Below, one piece after another: positions 27,946 through 42,707 of a stretch of DNA of 64,000 nucleotides. How positions within the stretch are numbered: the first letter of the stretch is position 1; each line of letters begins with the position of its first letter. The stretch is from Octopus vulgaris (lineage: Eukaryota). The notes beneath the pieces are model-generated. The model did not search any database. It was not told the origin of the DNA and saw only the letters and a list, made by a program, of their open reading frames with translations. The position numbers were made by a program, and so were the translations under genes. Location of the stretch: assembly GCA_951406725.2 (NCBI GenBank), contig OX597817.1:109554001-109618000 (forward strand). The letters run 5' to 3'.

Positions 27946-29299
27946 CGCGCGCACTCACACACATATACATTCAAGATTTTATAGGTTTCCAGTAACATAC
28001 GTAGTTATATATAGATAAGCTCCCAAAATTTCAGTGTACAGACACACATATAATTATTAGGTGTGCAGTCACTGAAAATTATATAGATGATCGAATTCTA
28101 AAACTAGCGTATTAAATGTAATATTGATATTTTAAGTGTGTGGAACTTGCTCAGGAAATCTACTCTCCAGAAGTGCACAACCCATATAATTTCTCTTGAA
28201 ATTCTCTCAGATAAGAAGGATATAGTTTAATTTGCAGAATAAAATATGACTGCCTTGTATGAGCTTCGAATAAATACTTACAATATAAATAGAGCGATAT
28301 GTATATGTATGTGTGTATATACACATGTATGATTTTATTATCATTATTTAGTTAGGTGGTTAAGTAGGAAGATAGGTAAGTAGGCAGGTAGGCATGCATG
28401 TATGTATGCGCGTGTGTTTTTTTGCTTGTAATCTTATTATAATATTTTAGTTCTGTTACATAACTATTATCTTCAAAGGAAATATATGTTGGCAAGTGCT
28501 TCCTCTTCTTTTATAAGAATAATTCATATACTTAGGCAGTATTCTATTAATAGAAACAACGCTGTCCTTATGTATTTACGTGCATGTTAATGGGTGTGCG
28601 GATCTGTATATGCATTTGCTTGATAGAATATTCAAAAATAGGACAGATACAAATCAATACACGTGAACACGTATGATTCGATATTTTATTTCTTCCGTTA
28701 TATTTTAGAATAGCAATTCGTAATGCTACAACTAACAGAAGCGAACTGCCCGCTACTTGAATTAGGCTCATAGATATGTTCATAAGAAAATGATAAACTA
28801 AAAAGTGAAGAAGAATTTTACGCTGAAGCTATCACACCATACGAAATATAATTAGATGCTGCTTCGTTTGTTTAATCCCTTTGATAATAAATTTCCCTTC
28901 TCCTCCATTAGAAATCAAAAGATGCTGATGAATAACAAACAGCAGCTAGTTGACTGTAATCCAAGCCTAACAACACTTTAGAAATGCAATTCAGTGATTC
29001 AGTTATAATATATCTTGATCGCAGCGTAAATAATAAAAATAATAACATTCACTTTATCTACTCAAAATATGAAACCAATGGGGCATAACTCAAAGGTCAT
29101 TACACTAAATTGAATTAAATAGTAAGTTATTAGTTTATTTAGACGTAAACCTATAGTTATGTGAAACTAACATATCTAATCTCTAAAGAGTCAGTTGTAT
29201 AGTGCGGAAAATTATATCAACATCGTTGCGAAGATAGTAACAAGTATGGATTGAGATTATAAAATTTTCCCTTGAATATAATATAATTATGGACTGAAG

Positions 29300-29520
29300 A
29301 AGTAGCCATGTAGTAGCTCGAACTGCTTGAAATAGCAACTAAATCTCCCTCAAATCACAACACTTTGAGGGATGGAAACACTCACTAAATATATAGTTCT
29401 AAATAATCTTTAAAATACAGCATGGTCACGACTGGAATGCATACCACGTGATCATTTCTTTGTACAGTTAACATTGACCTGGCCATCGTATTTCGAACAG
29501 TGTCTCTCTCGGGCTAACAG
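29300..29520 (+). repeat. Unclassified dispersed repeat (GAAATAGCA..AAATCTCCCTCAAATCAC family)
   Basis: Diverged relatives at about 2790-2960, 3470-3660, 7760-7900, 20090-20200 (minus) and 46530-46610. Confidence 0.55.
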
Positions 29521-29538
29521 GTTGAGACTTCAATATTT

Positions 29539-29589
<51 letters not shown>

Positions 29590-29595
<6 letters not shown>

Positions 29596-29734
29596 GCTCA
29601 GTCGAAGTCGACTCTCGGTTACTCGTTGGATCAGTGTCCTCCAGTCAGTTTTATCCTGGGCCGCTTCTTTCAGATTGGCTATGTCCATTGCGGTATCACT
29701 CTTGATGGCGTCAAGCCAGCGGGTTCTTGGTCGT
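29590..29734 (-). mobile_element. RTE LINE extreme 3' end with (GA)n tail
   Basis: Minus translation RPRTRWLDAIKSDTAMDIANLKEAAQDKTDWRTLIQRVTESRLRLSG* is a typical RTE C-terminus. Confidence 0.85.
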
Positions 29735-31814
29735 ACTCACTCTATATCTCTATGTAAACGCTGTTTATAATCCCGACAAAGCAAACATATTTATATATAT
29801 TAAAAATAAATAAACTAGTACTTAACAGGTTCGGTTTAATGCCAGTTTTGTTGGCAGTTATTTCAAATCTTACTCGAGGAAAATTTTATTGAACTCGTTT
29901 TATTTAACAAAGAGATAAAAGTAAACATAATATAATATCGATTACCCTATAAATTTTACCCTATGAGCCTATTTGGCTCTACTTTCTCTATCCTAAAAAG
30001 CAGAAAATGCACAAAATTAAAGTGTTACATCTAGTACAGCAATTTCAGGATGTGACATGAAATTTGTCCTCAGAAATTTGTCCTAAGCAGCTTATATTGC
30101 TTGAATAACTAAATCAACGTAACAATTTCACTTGTCGTCTTGTTTTATTAACTCATCTGATGAACAACAAAATTAGACCTCACAGGAATTTTATCTCACA
30201 ACGCATTGAAAGGCAACTAAACACGGCAAAGTATTTTGCTTGTGGTTCTGTGTGGGTTTTACGCGCACACACGCGCGTGTTTATTTATTTAATAATAGTC
30301 TGACTCAACTCTACATGACTTCAAGTTTTGTGGGCGCATAAGACACATCCATCTCATCAAATATTCGGAAGGTTGGGAACAAATTCAAAATGGCAATTAG
30401 ACGTTTAGACCTCTGTGGCACAAATTCGGTTCATGCCGGATTAATATTGTCAAAGTGAAATCAGCTGTTTACTTTAATTTTAGGCTCACACGTTCACACA
30501 GGATGTTGGTAGGTGCCACTTTGGCACCAATATAATTAACAACATCAGGTTCTTATATTGTGTACGTACCGCACACAATTTGGGAAGATGTTGACAAAAG
30601 TCGGTTCAGTTATGATATTATTTTCTGTCCCTCTTATTGTTTACATGATCATTTGTTTTCTTTTTTCTTTTTTTTTTTTTTTGTGTCACATAGTTCAATG
30701 GTAGAGACAATAAAGAGAGCCATGAGTTGAACATTTTAGGGAAGAAAATACGGAACTTTACTACTGAGGCAGCCCCAAAAAGCAGTAATATGTATTTAGC
30801 AATAACTACCAGCGTTGCTGGAATATTTTTGTCTGCTGCTGATACATTTTTGTGCTTTTGAACACCATACATATATTAAAGCTGCTACTCTGCGACGAAT
30901 ACCACAGTTTAACAGATTTTCAAATATGTAAATAATTTAAGTATGATACACAGATTTCCACTTTAAACTACTACTACTCCTGTCACTCATAGCGAATAAA
31001 TATCTATATATATTCGTGTGCATGTATGTGTGTGCATGAATGTACGTAGGTATGCATACATGCATGTATATATGTGTATGTATGTATAATTCAATTTTGG
31101 GAAGTTGGCTCTTGAAGCAGATAAGCTATAAATAATAGAGTGTACACAATGGAATAAAAAATACCTTTGGGAGTAAATATTCGAGGGCTGCCTTTGTGTA
31201 TATATATGCTAGAAGTAATAATAATCAGAGGGTTCATCATATGAAGCGATGATCATGGCAATCCGAATGGAAACAGATTCTTCACAAAACACGTTCAAAG
31301 AAAGACTTGCTATATTAAGTAGGAAGTAATATATTTATAGTAAAATCTATTAAGATATGTCATTCCAGCTATGTTCATAAAATAAAAACTCACTGTACTG
31401 CACGATTTATATCTGCAATGTTTGAAAAGTATTCTTTGTATTTGGCAAATATAGATATTTGCGTGCATAGAAACTGTAATATATTTTATAGGGGCAATTA
31501 TCAGCTACAGGAAATATATACAGTGAATGTATATTGAATAAAATTTTCATATTATATATGTGGTCCACCGTAACTACTTTAAATATAACGACATTTACAT
31601 GAGCTTGGAATGCATGCTGCATCATTTATTAACAAAATCTACAACTTTTAGTAAATTAACTTAGATCAGAATCTAGCTTGGCAAGATATGGTGACTTGTA
31701 ACAAGTGTATGGCAAATACATGGAAGATATATTATGCCGAAACGTTTATCAAAAACTAGTTGAGACTTATTGCTTATACAAAATTTTACTGCATGAAATA
31801 TACGTGTGTATATG

Positions 31815-31874
<60 letters not shown>

Positions 31875-31920
31875 CGTGTGTCTGTGAAAGAGAGAGATGG
31901 ATTATATATGTATGTATATG

Positions 31921-32108
31921 TATATATAGTGATACACTTCTGTGTGTACATATGTAAATATTTGTATATATATATATATATATATACACACTTCGTTTTC
32001 GGATTCGGTTTACAAGATTCTTTATGTAAGTTCGTATGTTGAAGCGTATTTTGTTGTGTCTGGGGTGAATCATTCGCTGTTTGTGCCTTATAATTTAACA
32101 CACACATG

Positions 32109-32199
<91 letters not shown>

Positions 32200-32375
32200 G
32201 ATAATAAGGTTCTAAAAGAGAATGACTCTCCCAAGGCACAACAAAATATGCTTCAAAACACGAACTCACATAAAGAATCTTGCAAGACAAATGCACAAAC
32301 GAAGTATATATATATATATATATACATACAAATATTTACATATGTAAACACAGAAGTGTATCAGTATATATATAC
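31921..32375. repeat. Diverged long inverted repeat around (CA)n(TA)n(TG)n
   Basis: 31921-32100 is the diverged reverse complement of 32197-32375, e.g. CAAGATTCTTTATGT/ACATAAAGAATCTTG and ACACTTCTGTGT/ACACAGAAGTGT. Confidence 0.85.
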
Positions 32376-32804
32376 AGTCAGTTAATACATTTCGAAATAT
32401 GGTGATTACTACGAACGTATGAAAGAGCTAATTGAACTTTATGAACATTACTAAATATTATTTTTAATGTTTAACACACTTCAACATTGTAAAAACTGTT
32501 TTTGAAAATACAATTATACAATAATAAAAAACGTGAAAACCAGACCATGTTATAACTTTATTAAACTGATATATTATTCGATAGACATTTACACAAATTC
32601 GGGAAAAAGTACACGTTAAGTAAAATATATAGAATGCATTTCACCTGAACACACTCACAGATATACATAATGTACACACAGATGAATATACATACACATA
32701 TGGGGGGGGGGGGAATATAAGAGAGAAATTTAAAATTTAAAAAACCTCGATTCATCAGCAAAGAACTATTGCCTCTGTATATCGACAAAATGACACCGCC
32801 ATTC

Positions 32805-32844
32805 TGCTTTTTTACAGCACGGAGGGAATAAAATAACTGTCACA

Positions 32845-32892
<48 letters not shown>

Positions 32893-32958
32893 TATATATA
32901 TATATATATATATATATCTTGTGACAGTTATTTTATTCCCTCCGTGCTGTAAAAAAAG

Positions 32959-32960
<2 letters not shown>
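32805..32960. repeat. Near-perfect 43-bp inverted repeat around (TA)n
   Basis: 32805-32847 vs 32917-32960, identical except for one base in the homopolymer. Confidence 0.95.
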
Positions 32961-32995
<35 letters not shown>

Positions 32996-33002
<7 letters not shown>

Positions 33003-33349
33003 AAGTTCGAAAACGCCACTATATAAGATAAATTTTAATTTTCTTAGAAATTTTACATGTTTGGGTCCTTCTTGTAAAACCGAACCTAATCAAAAGTATT
33101 TTTAAAAGTTAAGTGTAATAAAAAAGCTCATAATTGTTTCTTACTAGTCTCAACAGAGTCCATGTGGTGGTGTTTTCGTGGGAGAGCATAATGGCTGTCT
33201 TGTGTGTTGGCTAGATTCGTTGGCTGTCATTGGGGAAATGACCAGCGGCCGAATTAGCAGTCGTTTTTCCAAGAAGAACCGAAACGTAAAATTTCTAAGA
33301 AAATTAAAATTTATCTTATATAGTGGCGTTTTCAAACTTCTTTTTTATA
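32996..33349. repeat. Inverted-repeat cassette (about 85-bp arms) in (TA)n
   Basis: 32996-33080 vs 33263-33349. The right arm contains CC-GAAA-CG-TA-AAA, an HHR-like 3' half. Confidence 0.85.
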
Positions 33350-33383
33350 ACTATATACCCACTCGTATACCACCTACACTTAT

Positions 33384-33425
<42 letters not shown>

Positions 33426-34636
33426 TATCCTAATCTGAGTTCGTACACCTTTCTTTTATCTAGACTGGTGTGATGGAAGCCTTGGTATATTCACTAACAA
33501 TACAACTATATAGTAGGTTGTAGGTGTGCGTGTTTGTATGTGTGAGTGTGTGTATGTGTGTGTTTTTATGTGTGTGTATGTGTGTGTGTGTCCGTGTGTG
33601 TGTGTATCTTATAATTACAAATAACAACTTGGCATTTAATATAGGCATTTTCAATAGAAGCAATAGTGCTAAGAATAAACTAAATCAACAAGTATGCAAT
33701 CGTAGCAACGGCACCACATTTGCAACAAGAATTGAAGCAAATGATTCTCGTTAGTGTACAGAACTCATTTCTAACCGAGAAATATCATATTTTGGTGAAA
33801 CCCTTTAAAGATAATAAACATAAAGAGACAGCGTCTAAGTGCAGATATGAGATTAATTATCTGTTAAAACAATCCTCCTGGTAAAACAAAACGATTAAGC
33901 ATGCAGCCTTCTATACACGCCTAAGACATCAGCTAATCAACAGCCTATAGAAAGTAATTTTTCCCTTATGCAGAATCAACCACCTACATTCTCTATGATA
34001 AGCTAGCGACTTTATCATATCTCTAATATTATACGCTACCATTTGTTTCAAGTTGAATATTTCAAAATAACCAGCTTAATATTCAATAATAACATCGAAC
34101 TAAAATGGCCAAGGCAAAGTAATAGAGATATCACCTTATCCTGCAGCCACAAGTGTCTTTATCACTTGTTGTATGAATGTACGCAAATGAGAAACTAGAA
34201 GTATCCAATGAGTGAGTGAATCATCGACTTTATTCAAATCTATAAATAAACAGACAATTGATTAAAGTAATGGTGATGGTAGGAGTACGTTTCATGTCCG
34301 TACTGATTTTCTCCTAGGCTAGCAGGGTTGTAGTAAGAGGTTTTCGAATATATTCTACATAGAAATTGTCGAATGTTCTCTTTCATTCCGTTTCAAGACT
34401 GCTAAACTTATGAGCCTATTTGAAATATGGCCTGTAAACAATAGTATTTCCTTTGTTTAGAAATATACCCAGAAAATAGCAAAGTCGAAAGTATCGATAT
34501 CAGTGAAAGAAACGAAACTTCATTGCGCAGAGTTACTACCAACAGGTTTTAGGTTTTAAATTTGATGAATGCTTTAGAATGTATGTTTCTCTTACAACAG
34601 CTGTGGACCTACAAGACTAATTGTCAGTAAATATAC

Positions 34637-34679
<43 letters not shown>

Positions 34680-36969
34680 GAGAGAGAGAAAGTGTGTGTG
34701 TGTGTGTGTGTGTATGTGTGCGTGTGTGTGTACACGCGCGTATGTATTAGTGTGTGTGTTGATATGATGTCTCGCACAGAAAAGTGAAGAAACAAAAACA
34801 AAACTGAAATCATGTATTACAATAAAGTGCTTATTATATACAAAATGCTATTATATATGTGATGAAAAGGGGACTTATTAAAACAAAAGGTATGAGGATA
34901 TAATTAACAGAATAGAGGAAGTAACTTGAAATAAAGAAGTGTAGAGGTATGATGTCTCCTGTAGAATATTTACATTAGGCAAAGTAAAATATTTTTAACA
35001 CGTTGGTGCAAAATCGCCAGTAAATATTTATGATAGTATATTATAGGTATACATTTTGCCAACTCTGGAGAGTTGAAAGGCGGATGAGATTTTCAATAGC
35101 TATACAAACTATAAGATTGAATGAACAGTAGCTTCAGTCAGAACTGTTCTGAGGAACAATCTCCATAACATTAAATGATTTCACCCAGAGGCGTCAATGG
35201 ATAATCATAATATACAAATGATAATACTGATCACAATAGAGATATTTCAAGAAAAGCCAGTTGATTGATTTGTATTTGCCAAGTATATTGTAAGATGCAT
35301 ACCATGGAAATTGTTTATCAAATATTACATACAGTATGATTAGTTTTAACCTGAACATCGCCAAATTGCATGTTTGTATAATATCTGCGTGATGCCTGGT
35401 GAGATTTAGTGTCACGAGGCAACAACACTAATCTAGCAATAATATTTATCAATTCACATTCTAGTCTCCATTTACTCTAACCTCAAAAAAAAAAGAAAGA
35501 AAACGGAAAAGATTTGGCTTAAAAATACTTAGTTGATTGTAAAATTAAAATTCATTAAATATTTCTATCTTGCAAACTTGACGAAGTACATAAGCGACTT
35601 TAAAATGTATGCAGTAATAACAGAATACCTGTCGGGTATATTAAATGAATGAATGCTAACGAAGCTATAGTAATGTAAATAAGTTCATTTAGAAATGGCA
35701 GAATCTCTTTTCTTGACAGTCCTAATGAAATTTAATAATGGTTAAGTGCGTACGGATTTATTGAAATGCAAAACATTTCCGAATGAATAATAATCACTTA
35801 TATTAAAAGAGTAAGAGAGAAGTTCAGGCATCCAAGCAGATACTAGTCATATTTAAAGATGACTAAGATCAAGATGTTGATAATTTCGGCTTTTAGATCG
35901 AATCACATTTGATACTTTAGAAAGAGTTTTATAGTCTATAACCTCAAAGATCTAACGTGGAATAACGTGATTAATAATATTAATATCGACGAACTAGTGA
36001 CGTTACACTTCGCTTTTAGGTTTTAATGCAGTAAAAAATCAACATTGTACTTCAGACTTCGAGGTTACAGGGTACAATATTATAATTTCCCATTTTATAA
36101 TCAATATCTTATCCTATAAATAATACATAAACGAGCATTTCAAGAAATATTCTATTTACTTTTGATTCTTTTGAAGTTATCGAAAATTATAGTTAATCCA
36201 TTACTATAAAATACACACACACGCATGCACACATTAACATAGACATACGTACTTATATGCATGCATACATGCATACATATAGAGATAAAGGTTTTGTGAT
36301 AAAGGAAATAAGAAGTCTGCAATGCTGAACAAATAAGAAACCTGAAATTACTCCATTTGGAATCTAGCTTTAAATATATACCTGTAATTATAAGAGCATT
36401 TTGATATACGTAATTGTCTCAGAAGATAGATTTCATAAAACCTGAAATAACACGGTTAATTAGAAAACTAACATATTTCTACAAAGCTATAAATACTCAT
36501 AAGAGTATAAGCAAATATTCAATTACCTGTATGCTTCGATACATGAACACACGAGCACATACGCATATACATACATTTATACATTCGTATATACATAGGT
36601 ACATGCATAAAAGCACGTACGTACACATATGTACATATATACACACTTTCATCCACATACAGAAGCTCACACAAATAAATACTTATACGAAGCTGTTAAT
36701 TCACCACCGCCACTATTCATAATTCCCCTGCTTAGTGGAAGAAAAAAGCTACTTTATCACTTCGACTCGCCTCAACAGGGAAACTTAGAGTACCGACGAA
36801 GTGAATTATTAGCTTCATTTAATTAAATATACTCTGCAACATGTGTGAAGTGCTCTCCCTCTGTCATTTATTAAACAAATTGTGTCTATATGCTTATATA
36901 TCTGCATGCGTATGTATGCATTTTCACACACACACATATATATATGTATATATGTATATATATACATAT

Positions 36970-37025
<56 letters not shown>

Positions 37026-37044
37026 GTGTGTATATATATGCATA

Positions 37045-37068
37045 TATATGCCCACATTAAATTTATAC

Positions 37069-37099
<31 letters not shown>

Positions 37100-37178
37100 T
37101 ATATGCCCATATTAAATTTATACTATATATATATGTATGTATATATATATGCCCACATTAATTATATACTATATATAT
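37045..37178 (+). repeat. Three-copy minisatellite embedded in TA repeats
   Basis: ATGCCCA(C/T)ATTAA(A)TT(T)ATACTATAT occurs three times at about 50-bp spacing. Confidence 0.8.
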
Positions 37179-37756
37179 GTGCATATATTAAGTTCATTAA
37201 TCTGATGCTTTAATGACTTTTTGAGTTTTTTTTTTCATCGTTCATCATCATTTGGTTTCTGTTTCTTGTATTGCTATAACAGTTTGGATCTATCGATTTT
37301 TATCCGTTTAATTAACGTTAAAACTCAATTTTTCCACTCAAGTGTGATCCTTTATCTCATATGACGATATTAATTATCTCTTCTAAGATAACCCACTGCT
37401 CTGGATAGTTTACTCCATTTTTATGCCTCTTGTACCTCTCTATCCCAAATATCTAATGTTGCCAAATAGAAGATGAATACAAATTACAATGCTAATTAAT
37501 TATAAGAAATTTTCATAAAGCAAGATTGGCAATCTAAGGAAATTATTGCTGGTGGTTGTAGCCTTCACCGGCAAAATTTAATCTAGTACGTTCGTAGATA
37601 AAGATAAAACTGATTATAATATAATCAGTTATTTTGCAATGAGGTTTGGAATAGCCTTTTTTCTGAAAATTGTCTTCGTGGACAGCGAGAATTTAAATGT
37701 TTTAATATGATGTTATCGAAATCTCTGCAGTTTCTCTCTCTCCCTCTTTCTCTCTT

Positions 37757-37833
<77 letters not shown>

Positions 37834-39287
37834 AAATTCCGAAACATTGGATTGTACAAATCGATTCTGTGTAATTTCTTTATTCATTTTTGTTACCGAC
37901 GTATTTTTAAAATTTAAATTGTCATTAAGTACACTTTAACCTTTGAAATTGTTTATACAAAATACGTCGACACGTAAGAAACATTATTCTTTTAAAATGA
38001 AATATTTAATTTATTTGCTAAATGAACAGAATCTTCTTCTTGTGGAAAAAGCTAATCAAATAAAACTTTACGGGCGATTGTAAAATTTGACTCGACATTT
38101 CGTTGAATATCACACGACAGTACAATCATTACGGCCGAATGAAATGTTCAAAAATGATAGATGTGCCATACATGCATATAGAACGGATCTCTCTGGACAT
38201 TTTTTTTTCTTTTTGGTAGGGGCTTGTTTGGTCAAGTCAGAATGTCAACAATATGTTTCCTATAACTTACAAATCAGATTACTATACTGAAATACTCTCA
38301 TTTAAACAACTGAATGCTAAACAATTTAGCATTAGATCAGCTGCCAATGAGCAAATCCATTTCCAAAAGTAATTCATCCGTTACAGTTTTCTCTTTTCTT
38401 ATACCGTGTTCTACATTGCATACTGCTATCACCTTTCTTATAACGGCAGTATTTGTTTTGAATGAGATTATGTGTAACTAACAGTTCTTGAGTAGAAAGC
38501 CTTTGTTGGCTAGCTAAATAAAAGGATAGGTTAAGAAGGTTCAGTTCATTGCTCCAAGAAGTAAGGTATTGTGTAATTATTGTGTCCGGTGAGACTACAC
38601 TATTCCTTTCAAATTTTTTTATCTGTAAAAATCAAAATTGACTTGAGGGGTGTTCGTACTATAAGCCACTGAAGTAATATCTCTCTCACTGTTTGTCTCC
38701 TTGGAAACTGCAAAGCAATCATGCAGTGCAATGTTTGTTATATCGCTGAATAAAAGATTATATAAATCTAAGCCTCAGTCAAGGCGTATTAAAAGCGAGG
38801 GAGGTAGATTCCATTTCTAATCAGCTTATAACAAAGTTATAATGTACTAAAGACTTTTAAATGTGAAAGTAATGTTAGCACAATTCACGTCTGCAAGGCT
38901 TTGCAACTTCTATAAAACGTGTTTATATTGATAAAACATAAATAATGTGCGATGCACAAAAAAGTAATAATAATTCAATTGTCACTAATTGTGATTAATA
39001 GTTTATTTTCTTGCAACTCTAAGGGATTTTAAGTCTCATTTCTAGCAGTATAGATGCTACCCGGAACCCTCAGTCACAATTAGGTACAGTGAAGTTTTCC
39101 ATTTTGGCTTTATATTGCCTATAGCTGCCTTCGTTATTATCGGTCGTGACTTCTGGAACTTGACTGAGGAAAGAAGGCCACGAGTGACCCCTCTATTTTT
39201 TGCTTGTCCTTTGTCGGCCTTTGTATCGTCTAACTATAACTATCCGAATGTTTCATTGTCCTCTATTGCATTTTTGTTCCATTTATA

Positions 39288-39340
<53 letters not shown>

Positions 39341-39400
39341 TCGTTTACTTGTTTCAGTCATTTGGCTGCAGCCATGCTGGAGCCTTTATATATATATATA

Positions 39401-39457
<57 letters not shown>

Positions 39458-39499
39458 ATGTATGTATGTATGTATGTATGTATGTATGTATGATGGACT

Positions 39500-39770
39500 C
39501 TCCTGCCGAAGGCGACGTATGAGAGTTCAGCTTTTGCCGAACATCCTGCAGTTTATAATGCTCAAATGTTCCTACCGCAGATTTGCTCCCCATCAAATCG
39601 ACGTTGTCTGAACAGCTGCACTCTTTACTACGCGTCAGGTATCGAAGTGATCGGAGAGCAATGTGAGGTAAAGTCTTTTGTTCAACAACACAAGGCACCA
39701 GCCTGCCTAGGAATTGAAATCATGATCTAGCGATCGTGAGTAGAAGCCCCTAACCACTATTCCATACGAT
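39500..39770 (-). mobile_element. SINE family D
   Basis: Reverse complement GGAATAGTGGTTAGGG...CATGATTTCAATTCC head, then GTTGAACAAAAGACTTT and CGATCACTTCGATACCTGAC. Confidence 0.7.
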
Positions 39771-40539
39771 GTGTGTATGCCTCTGTGTGTGTGTGTATGT
39801 GGCTGTGCATGTATGGGAATTTCCAAGCACACACACACTCAAACATACACATATACATACATGCGTACATTCATACCTATACGAATGTTTCCCTTTTTTT
39901 TAATTTATTTAATTTTCTTCCTCTTAGGAAGGAGTCGGTTTCTACCAAAGATACAAAGTTCCATCCTTGGAATGTAGATAACAAAACAATGTCATATTTT
40001 ACACCTGAGAAAAGTCTTGCATATTTTTACCGTTCCATTTACATATTGTATTTGTAATGAGTGAGTAAGTGAATTGGTTAAATTATTTCTCTGACGACCC
40101 TACCATATCCATATTATTACTTAGGCATTTAATCAAAACATCAAGTGCACCAACTATAAAAGGTATTAATGTAAATCTATAATCTGGATATAAATGCAGG
40201 ATGTTTCGAAGCATTTGTCAGTAGTTATCTTCTTTCTGTATAATTTTTAAAGAGATTTTCACATCCGGAGGAGAACTGAACTCTATGATGGTATATACTT
40301 TGTCTTGTCTGTCTCAATCAACAATATCCGGTGTGTTATGTTTACATTTGATAGATGTTTTCCTGGGAATGTTCCACTAGTATTCCTAGTGCTGATGTTT
40401 GTGTGTGTATGTATGTGTGTGTGCATGTATTTATGCATGTATGTATGTATGTATGTATTTGTCTGCATGTATATGTGTGTGCATGTGCATGTGTGTCTGT
40501 ATGCATGTATGCACGTATGTATTAAGAACAAATTCAAGA

Positions 40540-40700
40540 ATATTGACCAGCGGGCTTAGTCGACGCCATTCACCAAGAAGTCTGGTACCTTATTTTTATC
40601 TACCCTAAAGGGATGAAAAACATCTGAGAAGATGACGAGTCTGGAATAAATACCGCGAGCTATATTCTTCCAAGGTTCTATAGTTATGCCAGCTCTGTTT
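40540..40700 (-). mobile_element. SINE family B remnant
   Basis: GTCGAC...CTGGTACCTTATTTTTATCTACCCTAAAGGGATGAAA. Confidence 0.55.
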
Positions 40701-42671
40701 AATATTCATGGAATCTTCGTTACTTCCACAATTCTAGTTCATTTCTTCCTCGATATCATCACACCTTAATATCAGAAATTAATTTGTTTCAGTAATAAAG
40801 TGAGAGAGAAAAAGAAAGGGTAGAGGAAATCTATGTCAAAAAAAAAAGGGTAGAAAAATATTGCATGAAAAAACATAAAGATAAAAAGCGGAAAGAAAGT
40901 GAAAGAAAGAGAAAGATGGAAGGAGAGAGAAAAGCAATTCAATTTCATTGTTTTAATTTCGCACTATCAAAAATAATGGTATTAATTATGAGATACTTGA
41001 CACGTACACGTGTTACTCACAATTTCTGAGTGTATCAACAAGATTCTATGTGGCTGATATGAATTACTTGACAAATACTGATTAAATTCGTTATATTTAT
41101 ACATCGTAGTATATTTCACTGTATTTCATTGCATTCTTATTGCATTCTGATGACGCTTATGTCAGTTATTACTGGACCAAAACTGGTTGTAAGGTTTTAA
41201 CACACAGCTCTTATTGAGTTCAAATATTGATGCTACTTAACATGCATTGCAGTAGAATGCGCTCCATTATCCACAATGGGGTGTAGACCACTTGCCTCGA
41301 TGTACTGTTTTGGAATCCAAATCATTCCCCTATTACAATTTATATAGAACATATGAGAAAAGGAAAGTGCGCATTAAATATAATCTTTATATAATCATGC
41401 GAGTGTTCTACTTTATCGACATTAGACCTTTGTCCATATCGAGAATATATTTGAGATTCTATAATATCTAACGTTATTTTACTTATTTTTCAAAACGAAA
41501 TCTCGATCTAAAACACAGTAATAGCCACATTCGAAAAACTTCACATGCTATTTATCCTTTTTTATTTCATTTGTTCCCATCTTCAACTTGGGGTCAAATC
41601 TAATTATACATTACAGCTGAAATCGCATAGTAAATAAGGAAAATGACAACAAACAACTATTTTGTGAAACTGTGACCCCGCAGATATTGCATTGTATATC
41701 TCGGCATAACATGCTGTTTATTCCATTTTCTTGCTCAGATATACAACATATAAACTACAATCATATAAACTATTCTTTTGTTTAATCATAGAATTATCTC
41801 TCACCTGCTTTTTCTCTATAGAATTGTAACTGAATCCTCCGAGATTTAAGAGACATTTATATTCACATTACCCTTAATATACTTAGTGGTGCAGGTATAC
41901 AACATACCAGGACACATCACGTTCCAGTGACATAATCCATTTTTCTCTCAATAGGTACCTTTAAAGATGCATTATTTACTGCTATAAGCATTCAAGTAAT
42001 ACATAATTCATGAATGTTCCTTAGCTTCAATAATTTGGTCAAATTCTTCAGCAGACTACGTAAAGGTAAAGATAAAGAATTCCTACGAAATTGTTTTGTG
42101 AGGAAATGAAATCATAAGTGGTATTCTCAGAGTGACGGAACATTACATTATAATAATAGCTTTATATTTATTATGTTGTAAATACTTCTAGCATTAATAA
42201 ATATTAAATACTTATAAACGTGGTGGCCTATACTGAATTACATTAGTGTATACCCACCTCATTTAATGTATGCTCTAGGCACGAATGCATAGAATCATCT
42301 GAGAAATTTTGAGAAAAATGAATTAAATACATTTCAATCAAAGTTTTGTTTCCTTTGTAAATATCCGTAATTTAATATGTATGTTAATATAGAAGTGTAG
42401 CATAGTATAATTCAAAATAGCAATTTTCTATATTTCAAGGGCGTTTAGGGGTTTGTAGAATGTAGTGTAGAATTTGAAGTGAACCTGGTATTTTTATGAC
42501 TGAAATGTTAATGTAAGCGTCAAGGACACAACGTAATCCCATATTGCAATATTTTTATATTAACTGTTTATTTTATTCCCTCCAAGGAAATTTTTCCATC
42601 ATCTGTTATTACGTGGAGGTAGCTACATCATCAACGATACTTTAGCATACTCTCATTTGCTTGTATTTTCT

Positions 42672-42707
<36 letters not shown>

